A DNA stretch of 64,000 bases. Source: Elusimicrobiota bacterium (GTDB lineage: Bacteria; Elusimicrobiota; Elusimicrobia; UBA1565; UBA9628). The position numbers and the translations under genes are program-made. Position 1 is the stretch's first letter. Every line of letters begins with the position of its first letter. The stretch lies in the NCBI GenBank assembly GCA_016212855.1, contig JACRDP010000020.1:3920-67919 (forward strand), given 5' to 3'. Under the pieces are notes generated by a model. That model did not search any database. It saw nothing but the letters and a program-made list of their open reading frames with translations, and was not told the DNA's origin. This document shows positions 40,472 to 50,396 of the stretch, piece after piece.

Positions 40472-40866
40472 CAGCGCGACTCGAGAAGGAGCAACGGCTG
40501 GCCGTACTCCACGGCCTGGCCCGCGTCGATGAAGAGCTTGGCCACGCGGCCGCCTTGCGGCGCGAGCACGGGTTTGGAGACGCCGGAGCCGCCGACGATG
40601 TAGCCGATGGGCTGGCCCGCGGCGATCTCCACGCCCTCTTCGGTCTTGCGCGCCTTGCCGGGCTCGCTCCATTGAAAAATGCCCACGCCGTCGCTGACGA
40701 CGGGCGTGAAGCGTCCCGAAGGCATCGCGGGCGCGGACAAGGTCGCGGGGTCGTTCGCGCCGAGGGCGGTGAGCGAGAAGCCCTTGCCATCCTTGCGGTA
40801 GACGACCTCGGCGAGGTCGGCGGTTTTCATCCAGTCGGCGACGGCTTTGACGGCGGAAGAGTGCAT
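40471..40866 (-). CDS. BCCP/AccB-like biotinyl-domain protein lacking the EAMKM biotinylation motif
   Basis: VVSDGVGIFQWS, AGQPIGYI, APQGGRV, GQAVEYGQPLLLL align to BCCP; VGGSGVS replaces EAMKM. Confidence 0.78.
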   Translation of the reverse strand: MHSSAVKAVADWMKTADLAEVVYRKDGKGFSLTALGANDPATLSAPAMPSGRFTPVVSDGVGIFQWSEPGKARKTEEGVEIAAGQPIGYIVGGSGVSKPVLAPQGGRVAKLFIDAGQAVEYGQPLLLLESR

Positions 40867-40868
40867 GA

Positions 40869-41369
40869 TTATCTCCTTTTCGACGCTCTATTAACGGAAC
40901 GTTTTGCGGCGGACTTTCGCCGCAAAAGGTTCCGCGGGTTCTTCGGCAGAAGGCCGGAGGCGAGCGGATCGAAGGCGAGCGGGAGCAGCTTGTAGACGGT
41001 CGTCTTGACGATCTTGCGGCGGCCGCTGGTCGGGTTGAGGTCCACGAGGTAGATCGCGGTGTCCTTGTCGCTGAACTCGTGCATGACCTGGCGGCAAGCG
41101 CCGCAGGGCTTGGCGGCGGCGCCGACGACGGCGACGGCCTCGATGGAATCAAAACCGCTGGCGACCGCATGATAGATCGCCGCGCGCTCGGCGCACATCG
41201 CCAGGCCGTAGCTCGCGTTCTCGACGTTGCAGCCGGGAAACACGCGCCCGCTCGCGGTCATGACGGCGGCGCCGACGGGATAGCGCGAGTACGGGCAGTA
41301 GGCGCGCTTCTGCGCCTGGACGGCCGTTTCGATGAGGCGTTCGACGGAGCGTTTGGAGTTCTTCGCCAT
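40869..41369 (-). CDS. cdd: Cytidine deaminase
   Basis: AYCPYS, GCNVENASYG, CAER, PCGACRQ. Confidence 0.95.
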   Translation of the reverse strand: MAKNSKRSVERLIETAVQAQKRAYCPYSRYPVGAAVMTASGRVFPGCNVENASYGLAMCAERAAIYHAVASGFDSIEAVAVVGAAAKPCGACRQVMHEFSDKDTAIYLVDLNPTSGRRKIVKTTVYKLLPLAFDPLASGLLPKNPRNLLRRKSAAKRSVNRASKRR

Positions 41370-42250
41370 TAGAGGTACTTCCTGACCAGGAGGTCGAGCT
41401 TCTTGAGCGTCGCTTTGTTGCGGGCTTCAGGCGCCGTGAACAGCGCGCCCTTCAGGGCTTCGGAAAAAGCGGTCTCGAGCGGCGCCTTGGCGATGCGCGG
41501 CACGGCCAGCTTCATGAGCTTCTGGGCGTTGGCGGAGTTGGCGTGGAGGTTGGCCACGACCATCTCGGTGTGGACCTCCTCGCCTTCCTTCCAGCAGTCG
41601 TAATCGGTGACCATGGCGACCTGCGAGTACACGAACTCGGCCTCGCGGGCGAGCTTGGCCTCGGTGGCGGCGGTCATGCCGATCAGGGACCAGCCGAAAG
41701 AGCGGTGCATCTCGGACTCGGCCTTCGTCGAGAACGCGGGGCCTTCCATGCAGCAGTAGGTGCCGCCGAACACGGATTTTACGCCGAGCTCCTTGGCGCA
41801 TTCATAGACGATTTTGTTTTGGCCCGGCGCGAAGGGCGGGTTGAGCGCGATGTGCGCGACCAGGCCGTTGCCGAAAAAGGTCTGCACGCGGTCCTTGGTG
41901 CGGTCCACGAGCTGGTCGGGGAAAACGAAGGTGCGGGGGGGAAGCTCTTCTTTCAGGGAGCCGACCGCGGAGAAGGCGAGCACGCGCTCGACGCCGAGGG
42001 ACTTAAGCGCCCACATGTTCGCGCGCTGGTTGATCTCGGTCGGAGTGACGACATGGCCTTTGCCGTGGCGGGGGAGGAACGCGCACGGAACGCCCTCGAG
42101 CTCGCCGAGCGTGATGGGGCCTGAGTGGGCGCCGAAAGGGGTCTTGAGGCGGATCTCGCGGGGATTTTTAATCGCGTCGGAGGAATAGAGGCCGCTGCCT
42201 CCGATGACTCCGACCTTGGCGTGGTTCTTCGGGATCTTCTTCAAGGACAA
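41369..42250 (-). CDS. mtnP: S-methyl-5'-thioadenosine phosphorylase
   Basis: GVIGGSGLY, LPRHG, SAVGSL, MEGPAFSTKAES, VTDYDCW. Confidence 0.92.
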   Translation of the reverse strand: MSLKKIPKNHAKVGVIGGSGLYSSDAIKNPREIRLKTPFGAHSGPITLGELEGVPCAFLPRHGKGHVVTPTEINQRANMWALKSLGVERVLAFSAVGSLKEELPPRTFVFPDQLVDRTKDRVQTFFGNGLVAHIALNPPFAPGQNKIVYECAKELGVKSVFGGTYCCMEGPAFSTKAESEMHRSFGWSLIGMTAATEAKLAREAEFVYSQVAMVTDYDCWKEGEEVHTEMVVANLHANSANAQKLMKLAVPRIAKAPLETAFSEALKGALFTAPEARNKATLKKLDLLVRKYL

Positions 42251-42624
42251 TATCCTCCCATGGGCAGGAGCTCTTTGATGAGCTCGTAGAGCGTGTCGAG
42301 ATTGACCGGCTTCTGGACGAAGCGGGTCTTCGGGTCGTTGGGCAGGAGCTTGGCGAGCTTGGTGAGCGAATGCGCGGACATGAAGATCACGGGGATCTTC
42401 TTGGTGGCCGCTTCCTTCTGGAGCACCTGATAGGCCGAGTTGCCGTAGGCGCCGGGCATTTGAATGTCGGCGATGATCAGGTGGGGGATATGCTCGGCCG
42501 CTTTCGCGGCCATCTGATATCCGTCGTTGACGACGATGACGCGGTGGCCCTTGCTCGTGAGGTAGTCGTTGAGCAGGCCGGTGATGTCCGTGTTGTCGTC
42601 GGCGATGAGGATCTGGGCGATCAT
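42241..42624 (-). CDS. Single-domain response regulator
   Basis: ILIADD, ADIQMPG, FMSA, KP. Confidence 0.88.
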   Translation of the reverse strand: MIAQILIADDNTDITGLLNDYLTSKGHRVIVVNDGYQMAAKAAEHIPHLIIADIQMPGAYGNSAYQVLQKEAATKKIPVIFMSAHSLTKLAKLLPNDPKTRFVQKPVNLDTLYELIKELLPMGGYCP

Positions 42625-43889
42625 TTGGTCGTGAGAAGCTTCTCCATGATCGCGGGATAAATCGGAAAGCGGCGGCACAGCGCGGTGACCGCGGTCTTCA
42701 CGCGCTTGAGCCCCGCGTCGTCGGTCCGGACCTTGAGGGCCTCGTCGATGAGGGAGGCGACCTCGTCCATTTCCTTCTCGCCCATGCCCCGCGTCGTGAT
42801 CGCGGGCGTGCCGATGCGCACGCCGGAAGCGATGAAAGGTTTTTGCGGATCGTAAGGAATGGCGTTCTTGTTGACGGTGATCCCGGCTTTGTCGAGCGCT
42901 TCCTCGGCCTCCTTGCCGGTCGCGTTCTTCGGGCGGAGGTCGACGGAGAACAGATGGCAGTCCGTTCCGCCCGCGACGATGCGAAAGCCCCGGTCCTGCA
43001 GGGACTGGGCCAGGCGGCGCGAGTTGGCGAGCGTCTTCTGCTGGTAGGTCTTGAACTCGGGCTTGAGAGCTTCGCCGAAGCAGACGGCCTTGGCGGCGAT
43101 CACGTGCATCAGAGGGCCGCCCTGCTCCCCGGGGAACACGGTCTTGTCCAGGGCCGGGCCGTGCGCCGCCTTGCACAGCACCATGCCGCCGCGCGGACCC
43201 CGCAGGGTCTTGTGCGTGGTCGTGGTCGTGAAATCGGCCAGGCCGACGGGCGAGGGATACACGCCCGCGGCGATCATGCCCGCGTAATGGGCGATGTCGG
43301 CGGCGAAGTAAGCGCCGATGCCGTCGGCGATCTTCTTGAGCCGCGCCCAGTCGATGACGCGGGAGTAGTTCGACGCGCCGACGAAAAGGATGCGGGGCTT
43401 GTGCTCGTTGGCGTCCTTCTCGGCCTTGTCGTAGTCGATCAGCTCGTCGTCCTTGCGGACGTCGATCGGCACGATTTTGTAGTACTTACCCGAGAAGTTC
43501 ATCGGATGGCCGTGCGACAGGTGGCCGCCGTGGGCGAGGTTGAGGCCCATGACGCCGTCGCCGGGTTTGAGCACGGTGAGGTACATCGCCATGTTCGCCT
43601 GCGAGCCCGAGTGGGGCTGCACGTTGGCGTGCTCCGCGCCGAACAGCTTCTTGGCGCGTTCGATGGCGAGAATCTCGGCCTGGTCGACGTACTCACAGCC
43701 TCCGTAATAGCGCTTGCCTGGATAGCCCTCGGCGTATTTGTTGGTGAGTAAAGACCCCTGCGCCTCGAGGACGGCCTCCGACGTGTAGTTCTCGGAGGCG
43801 ATCAGCTCTAAATTATCGGACTGGCGGCGCGCTTCGCGCGCGATCGCGGCGTAGACTTCGGGATCCTGCTCAGCGAGGCTTCGGGGCAT
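42621..43889 (-). CDS. glyA: Serine hydroxymethyltransferase
   Basis: [37 protein letters not shown]. Confidence 0.98.
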   Translation of the reverse strand: MPRSLAEQDPEVYAAIAREARRQSDNLELIASENYTSEAVLEAQGSLLTNKYAEGYPGKRYYGGCEYVDQAEILAIERAKKLFGAEHANVQPHSGSQANMAMYLTVLKPGDGVMGLNLAHGGHLSHGHPMNFSGKYYKIVPIDVRKDDELIDYDKAEKDANEHKPRILFVGASNYSRVIDWARLKKIADGIGAYFAADIAHYAGMIAAGVYPSPVGLADFTTTTTHKTLRGPRGGMVLCKAAHGPALDKTVFPGEQGGPLMHVIAAKAVCFGEALKPEFKTYQQKTLANSRRLAQSLQDRGFRIVAGGTDCHLFSVDLRPKNATGKEAEEALDKAGITVNKNAIPYDPQKPFIASGVRIGTPAITTRGMGEKEMDEVASLIDEALKVRTDDAGLKRVKTAVTALCRRFPIYPAIMEKLLTTK

Positions 43890-44298
43890 AAGTTTCTTTC
43901 TCCAGGACGATCTTCAGCTTTTGCGCGATCGAGTCGGCGCAGGCTTCGTATTCCAACGCGTCGCCGCCGACCGGGTCTTTGACGCCGAGAATGGAAATCT
44001 TGGCGGCGGAGCCGGGGGACAGCCGCTTGAGGTAATCGGCGTGCATCGGCTCCATCGCGTACACGGCGTCGGCCTTCTCCAGCATGGCGGCGTCCACGCG
44101 CCGCGCGCGGTGCGCGACGGCCCCGAGCCCGTGCTTGACGAACACGGCGGCGGCGCCGGCGGAGAGCGGCGCGCCCTCGGTCGCTTGAGTGCCCGCGGAG
44201 GCGGCGGCCGAGGATTTCGTCATGGTGTTGTAGAGGACCTCGGCCATGGGCGAGCGGCAGGTGTTGCCGGTGCAGACGAAGAGGACCCTCTTGGTCAC
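43870..44298 (-). CDS. Low-molecular-weight protein phosphatase (YwlE/LMW-PTP family)
   Basis: [14 protein letters not shown] and DPVG; same tsaC-phosphatase-glyA order as Bacillus ywlC...ywlE...glyA. Confidence 0.88.
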   Translation of the reverse strand: MTKRVLFVCTGNTCRSPMAEVLYNTMTKSSAAASAGTQATEGAPLSAGAAAVFVKHGLGAVAHRARRVDAAMLEKADAVYAMEPMHADYLKRLSPGSAAKISILGVKDPVGGDALEYEACADSIAQKLKIVLEKETYAPKPR

Positions 44299-44903
44299 GC
44301 GGCCGCGGTCTCCTGGATCGCCTCGGCGGAGATCAGACCGACCTTGGTCACGCGCGGCTTCTCGCCGGTGGCGTCGACCAAGGTCGGGTCGCCGGCGGGC
44401 GCCTCGCCGCCGTCGACGATCAGGTCGAGCTGCGCGCCGAACTCGGCGGAGACCTCGGCGGCGGTCAGCTTGACCGGTTTACCGGACTTGTTGGCGCTGG
44501 TGTACACCCACGGCACGCCCGAGGCGGCGAGCATCGCGCGCGCGCCGGGGTGGCCGGGGACGCGGATCGCGACCGTCGGGTATTCGGGGAAGGTGAGGAG
44601 CCGGCCCTGAGCCGTGGGCTTGAGCAGGAGCAGGAGCGGGCCGGGCCAGAACTTCGCCGCGAGCTTTTCGGCGAGCGGGGTCCACTCGACCCAGAGTTTG
44701 GCGGTCGCGGCCGAGTCGACGAGGATCGCGAGGGGCTTCAAGGTCGAGCGCTCCTTGATCTGCAGGACGCGGCGCGTGGCGGCCTTGATGAGGCCGGTGG
44801 AGCCGACGGCGTAGCCGGACTCGGTCGGGAAGGCGACGATCTTGCAGGCCTTGCCGAGGGCGCCGGCCTTGGCGGCGTCGGAGGGGGAGAGGGTCTCAGG
44901 CAT
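44295..44903 (-). CDS. tsaC: Threonylcarbamoyl-AMP synthase (Sua5/YrdC)
   Basis: VAFPTES, IKER...KPL, FWPGPL, VAIRVP, TSANKSG. Confidence 0.88.
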   Translation of the reverse strand: MPETLSPSDAAKAGALGKACKIVAFPTESGYAVGSTGLIKAATRRVLQIKERSTLKPLAILVDSAATAKLWVEWTPLAEKLAAKFWPGPLLLLLKPTAQGRLLTFPEYPTVAIRVPGHPGARAMLAASGVPWVYTSANKSGKPVKLTAAEVSAEFGAQLDLIVDGGEAPAGDPTLVDATGEKPRVTKVGLISAEAIQETAAA

Positions 44904-45579
44904 GGGGGGGCTCCGGGTCGGGGTGCAGAACGATGACGAACTCGCCGAGGATTTCTTTGCGCGCGGCCAAATTGTCGCGGACCGACTGGGCGGTGCCGCG
45001 GATGTACTCTTCGTGGAGCTTGGACAATTCTCGAACGGCAACGACTTGTGAACTCGCTCCGACGGCCATGATGACGTCCTCGAGCAGTTCGAGAACTCGG
45101 AAGGGCGATTCGTAAATAACGATCGTGCGGTTTAACAGCTTTGAAGCTTCAAGCGCCTTGCGGCGCTTGGACGGCGTTCTTGGAAGAAAACCTAGAAATA
45201 TAAACGAATCACCGGGTAAACCTGAACCGGCAACGGCAGTAGCCACCGCGCACGAGCCCGGCAACGCTGTTACCGGAATGCCTTGCCGCCTTGCGGCGGC
45301 GACGACTTTTCTACCCGGATCGGAAACCCCCGGGAGGCCACCATCCGAAACCAAGCTTACGTTTTCCCCGCGGGCCAATCTTTCCAACATCTTATCGACG
45401 GAACGCGGATCGTTCTCATCGTATCGTTCCAGCGGAACGCTGATTCCGAAATGGCTCATCAAATTTCTTGTCCTTCTCGTGTCTTCACAAAAAATGACCT
45501 TCGACTCCTTCAAAACCCTTAATGACCGTGCGGACATGTCCTCTAAATTTCCCAAAGGTGTCGGAACGACGAATAGCAT
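44896..45579 (-). CDS. rsmI: 16S rRNA C1402 2'-O-methyltransferase
   Basis: PTPLGNLED, CEDTR, VSDGGLPGVSDPG, YESPFR, RELSKLHEE. Confidence 0.95.
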   Translation of the reverse strand: MLFVVPTPLGNLEDMSARSLRVLKESKVIFCEDTRRTRNLMSHFGISVPLERYDENDPRSVDKMLERLARGENVSLVSDGGLPGVSDPGRKVVAAARRQGIPVTALPGSCAVATAVAGSGLPGDSFIFLGFLPRTPSKRRKALEASKLLNRTIVIYESPFRVLELLEDVIMAVGASSQVVAVRELSKLHEEYIRGTAQSVRDNLAARKEILGEFVIVLHPDPEPPHA

Positions 45580-46820
45580 TAATGTCCCGAACCGTTAGTC
45601 GTGTCACGCGACCATTCCGTCAATTCCAAGCGCATGAAGGTCTCGACGACTTTCGGATCAAACTGGGTTCCCGCGCCCTTCTTCAGTTCTCCCAGTGCGA
45701 TGTCGCGGCCGAGAGCTTTGCGGTAAGGCCGGTCGCTGGTCATCGCGTCCCACGCGTCCAAGCAAGCCACGATCCGGGCCCCAAGAGGAATTTGCTCGCC
45801 CTTCAAGCCTTCCGGGTAGCCCCTTCCGTCATACCACTCCTGATGGTAGAGGACCATCTGGGCGACGGGGCCGAGGTATTTGACGGGCGCCAAGATCTGG
45901 TGGCCGATGATCGGGTGCTTCTTCATCTCCTCGTATTCCTCGGGGGTGAGCTTCCCCGGTTTAAGAAGGATCGCCTCGTCGATGCCGATCTTGCCGATGT
46001 CGTGCAGGAGCGCGGCGTACTCGATGTGGCGCACCATGGGGTCGGGCAGGCCCATCTCCTGGGCGACGCGGCGGGCCTTCACGCGGGCGCGGTCGCTGTG
46101 CTCGTGAGTGTAGGCGTCCTTGGAGTCGACGGCGCGGGCCAAGGTCTGCACCATCTCGAGATAGAAGATTTGCAGGTTGTCGAACATGTCCATGTTGTGG
46201 AGCATGACGGCGGCCTCGCCCGCGAGGATGCTGAGGAATTTGACGTTGTAGTCGCTGAAGGGTTCCGCCCCTTCCTTGGCATGGAGGTTCAGGACGCCGA
46301 TCGGCTTGCCCTTGACCAGAAGCGGAATCGAGACGAAGGGTTCGACGTCGCCCGACGCGGGATCCAAGTAGCGGGGGTCCTTGGCCGGGTCAGCCACGAA
46401 AATGGGCTGGGCCGAGGCGAAGGCCTTGCCGGCCACGCCCTCGCCGGGCTTGAGGAAGAGCTTCTGGGATTCGGCGGCGACGAGGCTGCGCGCGGCGACG
46501 ATCTTGAGGCAGCCGTCCTTCTCATCCCAGTTCATCACCGAGCCGCGCTCGCATTTCATGAGCTGGCAGGCGCAGTCGAGAACCGCGCGGCCGAACTCTT
46601 CACGAGAGATGGCGCCCGAATGTGAAACTCCGTGCTCCTGCAGGGCGAGCAGCATGGTCAGCAGTTCGTCGAGTTTGGTCCAGCCCTCCGGGGCGCGCGG
46701 CGGCGCCGGCGCGCGGTCCGGGCGCGAAGCTTCTAAGGAATAGAGACGGCGTAAAACGAGGGCGAGGGCGGCCAGCAGGACGACGCACAGGCCCGCGGCC
46801 CACCAAAACAAGGCTGCCAT
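45579..46820 (-). CDS. Membrane-anchored GAF + HD-GYP cyclic-dinucleotide phosphodiesterase
   Basis: N-terminal TM; GEGVAG GAF; HSDR, LLHDIGK, GRGYPEGLKGEQIP, DRPYR. Confidence 0.9.
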   Translation of the reverse strand: MAALFWWAAGLCVVLLAALALVLRRLYSLEASRPDRAPAPPRAPEGWTKLDELLTMLLALQEHGVSHSGAISREEFGRAVLDCACQLMKCERGSVMNWDEKDGCLKIVAARSLVAAESQKLFLKPGEGVAGKAFASAQPIFVADPAKDPRYLDPASGDVEPFVSIPLLVKGKPIGVLNLHAKEGAEPFSDYNVKFLSILAGEAAVMLHNMDMFDNLQIFYLEMVQTLARAVDSKDAYTHEHSDRARVKARRVAQEMGLPDPMVRHIEYAALLHDIGKIGIDEAILLKPGKLTPEEYEEMKKHPIIGHQILAPVKYLGPVAQMVLYHQEWYDGRGYPEGLKGEQIPLGARIVACLDAWDAMTSDRPYRKALGRDIALGELKKGAGTQFDPKVVETFMRLELTEWSRDTTNGSGH

Positions 46821-46827
46821 GGTCGCT

Positions 46828-46875
46828 TTACCTGCTCCGCATGGAGCGACCATTTCGTCGCTTATGCTCGGTCAT
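46828..46875 (-). other. Candidate 15-aa leader peptide MTEHKRRNGRSMRSR
   Basis: TAAAAT(46888-46883)-7 nt-ATG; stop 7 nt before the HD-GYP ATG; overlaps a hairpin arm. Confidence 0.4.
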
Positions 46876-46885
46876 GGGCCGTATT

Positions 46886-47980
46886 TTACTTCTTTTTTTC
46901 GGGCTCTATGAGCGCCTGAGCCTCGGCGTCGCCGAGCATGTCCTTGAGCTGGGCCAAAGCGCCCGTTCTCATGGTCTCGTTCTCGGTCTGGCGGGCATAT
47001 CGGACGAGCAGGGGGACGGCCTTCTGGCTGCGCGAGACGAAGATGGCCGCCGCCCAGTACAACTTTTCGTCCGGGCTCGCCGTTTTGTCGTGCTCGGCGA
47101 CCAAGGCTTCGACCTCCTCGTCGCTCGACGAAAGACCGACCTTGAGGGCGATGTTGTGCCGGATCTCAGTGTCCACCTTCGGATCGCGCAGGAGGGCGAT
47201 CATGCCGGGGCGGGTGGCCTTCGCGTCGGCGAGGTCGATCTGGGCGGAGACGGCGAGCGCCGCGCGCTCGGTGGCGATGAGCTCGCCGGAAGCGCTCCAA
47301 GCCTTGAGGCGGGGCAAGGTCTGCCTCCAATAATAACGGCCCAGGATGGCGCCGACCTTGGCGCTTTCGAGCCCCTTGCTCGAAACCAGATCGTACGCCT
47401 TGTCGCCCTCCCACTGCGCCAGGACGGAGAGCGCCTCGTACTGCGTCCACCAGGCGTTGCGCTCGCCCATGTTCGTCTCGGTGGTCTCGCGTGCGGCGAA
47501 TCTGCGACCCGCGATCTCGCGGATCAGCGGGAGAGCGGCGCGCGCTCTTAGGCGAAATGCCCCGTTGACGCCGAAGAGCTGGGCGTCGGGCTCCGGCTGG
47601 CGCAGATAGGTCATGAACAGAGGCTCGAGCTGGGGATGTCCCGGTCCGAGCCGGCCCAGCGACTCCATGATCGCGCCGCGCGTGTAGGGATCGGAGAAGC
47701 GCGCGAAGAGGTCGTAGAGATTGGAGATGTCCTGGCCCGACACGGGAGCGGTCTTGGCGATCTGCTGGAGGGCTAGGGTCTTGTCGGAGTCCTTCGTCGC
47801 GCCGGTGAAGCGCTGGGTCAGCAAGGCGACCGACGGGCCGACGGGAGCGGTCGAGGGCGCGGGGGCCTCGGGTCCCTTTGCAACGGCGTGTGGAAGGGAC
47901 GCTTCCTCGGCGTATGCCTCGGTCGCGGCGAACGCGGGGGAGCACATCCAGACGGCGGCGAGCGCGGCGAATAACTTCAT
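46886..47980 (-). CDS. Secreted HEAT-repeat-like protein
   Basis: Signal peptide (AFA-A); helical repeats such as ALLRDPKVDTEIRHNIALKVG; ATGA overlap with nagZ. Confidence 0.7.
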   Translation of the reverse strand: MKLFAALAAVWMCSPAFAATEAYAEEASLPHAVAKGPEAPAPSTAPVGPSVALLTQRFTGATKDSDKTLALQQIAKTAPVSGQDISNLYDLFARFSDPYTRGAIMESLGRLGPGHPQLEPLFMTYLRQPEPDAQLFGVNGAFRLRARAALPLIREIAGRRFAARETTETNMGERNAWWTQYEALSVLAQWEGDKAYDLVSSKGLESAKVGAILGRYYWRQTLPRLKAWSASGELIATERAALAVSAQIDLADAKATRPGMIALLRDPKVDTEIRHNIALKVGLSSSDEEVEALVAEHDKTASPDEKLYWAAAIFVSRSQKAVPLLVRYARQTENETMRTGALAQLKDMLGDAEAQALIEPEKKK

Positions 47981-49443
47981 TGTTTTCTCCCTTTCAGAAC
48001 GCGGCGCAGAGCGGCCTCGAGGCTGACGAGGCGATAGCCGCCGGCGTCGACGACGGTCATCGGCCTGGGGCACAAGTCCAGGTCCCACGACGAGCGGATC
48101 AGCACGGACGCGGTCTTGCGCGCGGCCGTTTTCGATAAAAGCCCGAGAGCGGCGGCCTGGCCCGGGAAGCGTTTGGCCTCGAAGGACAGAAATATAACGC
48201 GTTTCGCCCGACGCGCCAGCACTGGCAACGAGCCGAGATCCAGGCCGACCACCGGAGCGCGGGCGAACGCGCAACCCGCGCCCAGTCGTCTGACCAGGGC
48301 TTCCGGGCCGCCGGGCCCGCCTTCGAAGGTAAAGCGCTCGCGGACTTCGCGGAAATCGGGGATGACAACGAGCGTGTCCTGACCCGCCGGAATCGGCAGG
48401 GCGGCCTCGCCGCGCCGAGCGATGACGACGGCTTTCCCGGCGATCCTGGCCGAAAGCGCGTGACCCTCGGCGAGCTTCGCGGCGGGTGCCTTGCGGCGCT
48501 GGAGCAGCCTTGTGATGCGCGCGTCGGCGGCCGAGAGCTGTTCTTCCGGGGCGCCCGCTTCGCGCAGGAGGTCCACCGCGTCGGTCATGCCCTGCAGGTC
48601 GTGCGCGATCATGAGTACGTCGTGGCCCGCGTCGAGGCACTTGAGGGTCGCCTCGGCCACCGGCCAGCGCTTGGTGATCGCACCCATGCACAGGTCGTCG
48701 CTGACGACGAGGCCGTCGTAGCCGAGCTCGCCGCGCAGGACGTCGCGCGTGATCTTCGACGAAAAAGTCGCGAGTTCCTTGTCGAACGCGGGGAAGCGCA
48801 CGTGTGAGGTCATCACCGCGTCCACGCCCGCCGCGCACGCGGCTCGAAAGGGGGCCAGGTGCGTTTTCGAAAACGCCGCCCTCGGCAGCTTGATCGTCGG
48901 CAGGTCCACGTGCGCGTCCACGGTCGCGGCGCCCTTGCCCGGGAAGTGCTTGGCGCAGGCGGAGACGCCGTTGTCCTGCATTCCCCTGATGAACGCGGCG
49001 CCCAGGCGTCCGGCGAGAGCCGGATCGGCCCCGAAGGATCTTATCCCGATGCCGGGATTGTAGCTCGCGACCGCGACGTCGAGCACCGGAGCCAGGTTCA
49101 TGCGGATGCCCAGGGGTGCCAGCTCCCGCGCCATCTGCCGTCCGACCGCGTAGGCCAGCTTCGGGTCGCGCGCACGTCCCAGCGCGGTATTTCCCGGAAA
49201 CGGCGTGACCCCGCTTTTAAACCGGAGCACCCAGCCGCCCTCGTGGTCGATGGCGACGAGCAGGGGCCGGCCGAGGCGTTGCTCCAACTCGTTCACGTAG
49301 GCCTTGGTCTGCGCGGGCGTCTCGATGTTGCGGGCGAGCAGGAGCACGCCGGTGGCGCCGGTGGACTTGAACAGGGCGACGGTCGAGCGCGACGGCTTGA
49401 GGCCGTACACGCCGAACATGAACAGACGCCCCGGATCGGTCAT
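47977..49443 (-). CDS. nagZ: GH3 beta-N-acetylhexosaminidase
   Basis: DHEGG, NLAPVLD, RSFG, KHFPGKG...DAH, SDDLCMGA. Confidence 0.9.
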   Translation of the reverse strand: MTDPGRLFMFGVYGLKPSRSTVALFKSTGATGVLLLARNIETPAQTKAYVNELEQRLGRPLLVAIDHEGGWVLRFKSGVTPFPGNTALGRARDPKLAYAVGRQMARELAPLGIRMNLAPVLDVAVASYNPGIGIRSFGADPALAGRLGAAFIRGMQDNGVSACAKHFPGKGAATVDAHVDLPTIKLPRAAFSKTHLAPFRAACAAGVDAVMTSHVRFPAFDKELATFSSKITRDVLRGELGYDGLVVSDDLCMGAITKRWPVAEATLKCLDAGHDVLMIAHDLQGMTDAVDLLREAGAPEEQLSAADARITRLLQRRKAPAAKLAEGHALSARIAGKAVVIARRGEAALPIPAGQDTLVVIPDFREVRERFTFEGGPGGPEALVRRLGAGCAFARAPVVGLDLGSLPVLARRAKRVIFLSFEAKRFPGQAAALGLLSKTAARKTASVLIRSSWDLDLCPRPMTVVDAGGYRLVSLEAALRRVLKGRKQ

Positions 49444-49449
49444 GGCATG

Positions 49450-49484
49450 AGTTTAACAAAGGGGTACGTCGGTTTTGTTAAAGT
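49450..49484. promoter_or_regulatory. Divergent extended -10 promoters forming an inverted repeat
   Basis: TTTAACAAA(49452-49460)/TTTGTTAAA(49474-49482); minus TG-T-TAAACT-6-ATG; plus TG-T-TAAAGT-8-ATG. Confidence 0.6.
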
Positions 49485-49492
49485 AGAAGGGT

Positions 49493-49930
49493 ATGGATGC
49501 GTTCACTTTTCTGCGCGATCACGTGGCGCTGTTCTCCGGAGTCTCCGAAGAGCACCTGACCGGCATCGCCACGGGTTCCTCGGTGAGCTCCTTCAAATCC
49601 GGGCAGACCATCGTGTTCAAGGGCGTCACCGTGGACGCCCTGCATGTGGTGTGCAGCGGCTCGGCGGGAGTCTTCCTCAAGCCGCCGAACCAACCGCTCG
49701 TCGAGGTCGCCGTGCTTTCCTCCGGAGACGTGTTCGGCGAGACCTCGATCTTCGAAAACGGCACCGCCGGAGCGACGATCAAGGCCAAGGAAGACAATAC
49801 CTTCATACTGATCATCCCCCAGGACGCCTTCCGCAAGCTTCTCGCCGAAAATCCCGAATTCGTCATCCGGGTCCAGGCACTGATCGCCTCGCGCAGGCCG
49901 CCCAAAGACCCGCCCAAGCCCGGGTCCTAG
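49493..49930 (+). CDS. Stand-alone cyclic nucleotide-binding domain protein, copy 1
   Basis: LFSGVS, GQTIVFKG, SGDVFGETSI. Confidence 0.85.
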   Translation: MDAFTFLRDHVALFSGVSEEHLTGIATGSSVSSFKSGQTIVFKGVTVDALHVVCSGSAGVFLKPPNQPLVEVAVLSSGDVFGETSIFENGTAGATIKAKEDNTFILIIPQDAFRKLLAENPEFVIRVQALIASRRPPKDPPKPGS

Positions 49931-49969
49931 GACCCTCGTTTACCGCCGCCGTCGTGCTATCATAAGGGT

Positions 49970-50395
49970 ATGGACGCGATGACCTTCCTGCGCGAGTACA
50001 CGCCCCTCTTCGACACGATGTCCGACGAGAATCTGTCCTCTTTGGCGGAGTCCGCAAAGCTCCTGACCTTCAATCCGGGCCAGTCCATTCTCTTTAAGGG
50101 AACGACGGTCGACGGCCTCCATGTGATCGTCTCCGGCATGGCGGGCGTGTACGTCAAGCCCCCGACCAAGGCCGCCGTCCAGGTCGCCGCGCTCAAGCCC
50201 GGCGAGGTGTGCGGCGAGATGTCTATCGTCGAAACCGGCGTCGCGAACGCCTCGGTCAAGGCGATCGAGAACACCGTTGTCCTGCTGATCCCGCAGGAAG
50301 CCTTCCGCCATGTCCTCCAGCAGGACGAGGGCTTCGCGGTGCGCGTGAACACGCTTATTAAATCGCGCAAGTCCCTGCCCCAAGTCCTGGCCTAA
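49970..50395 (+). CDS. Stand-alone cyclic nucleotide-binding domain protein, copy 2
   Basis: Paralogue (MDA.TFLR, GQ.I.FKG.TVD.LHV, VKPP/LKPP, IPQ.AFR); TG-C-TATCAT-6-ATG. Confidence 0.85.
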   Translation: MDAMTFLREYTPLFDTMSDENLSSLAESAKLLTFNPGQSILFKGTTVDGLHVIVSGMAGVYVKPPTKAAVQVAALKPGEVCGEMSIVETGVANASVKAIENTVVLLIPQEAFRHVLQQDEGFAVRVNTLIKSRKSLPQVLA

Positions 50396-50396
50396 G

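Noticed and set aside
48900-48960. NagZ motif KHFPGKG instead of KHFPGHG
   Set aside because: The catalytic Asp-x-His (DAH) and nucleophile Asp are retained; likely tolerated variation
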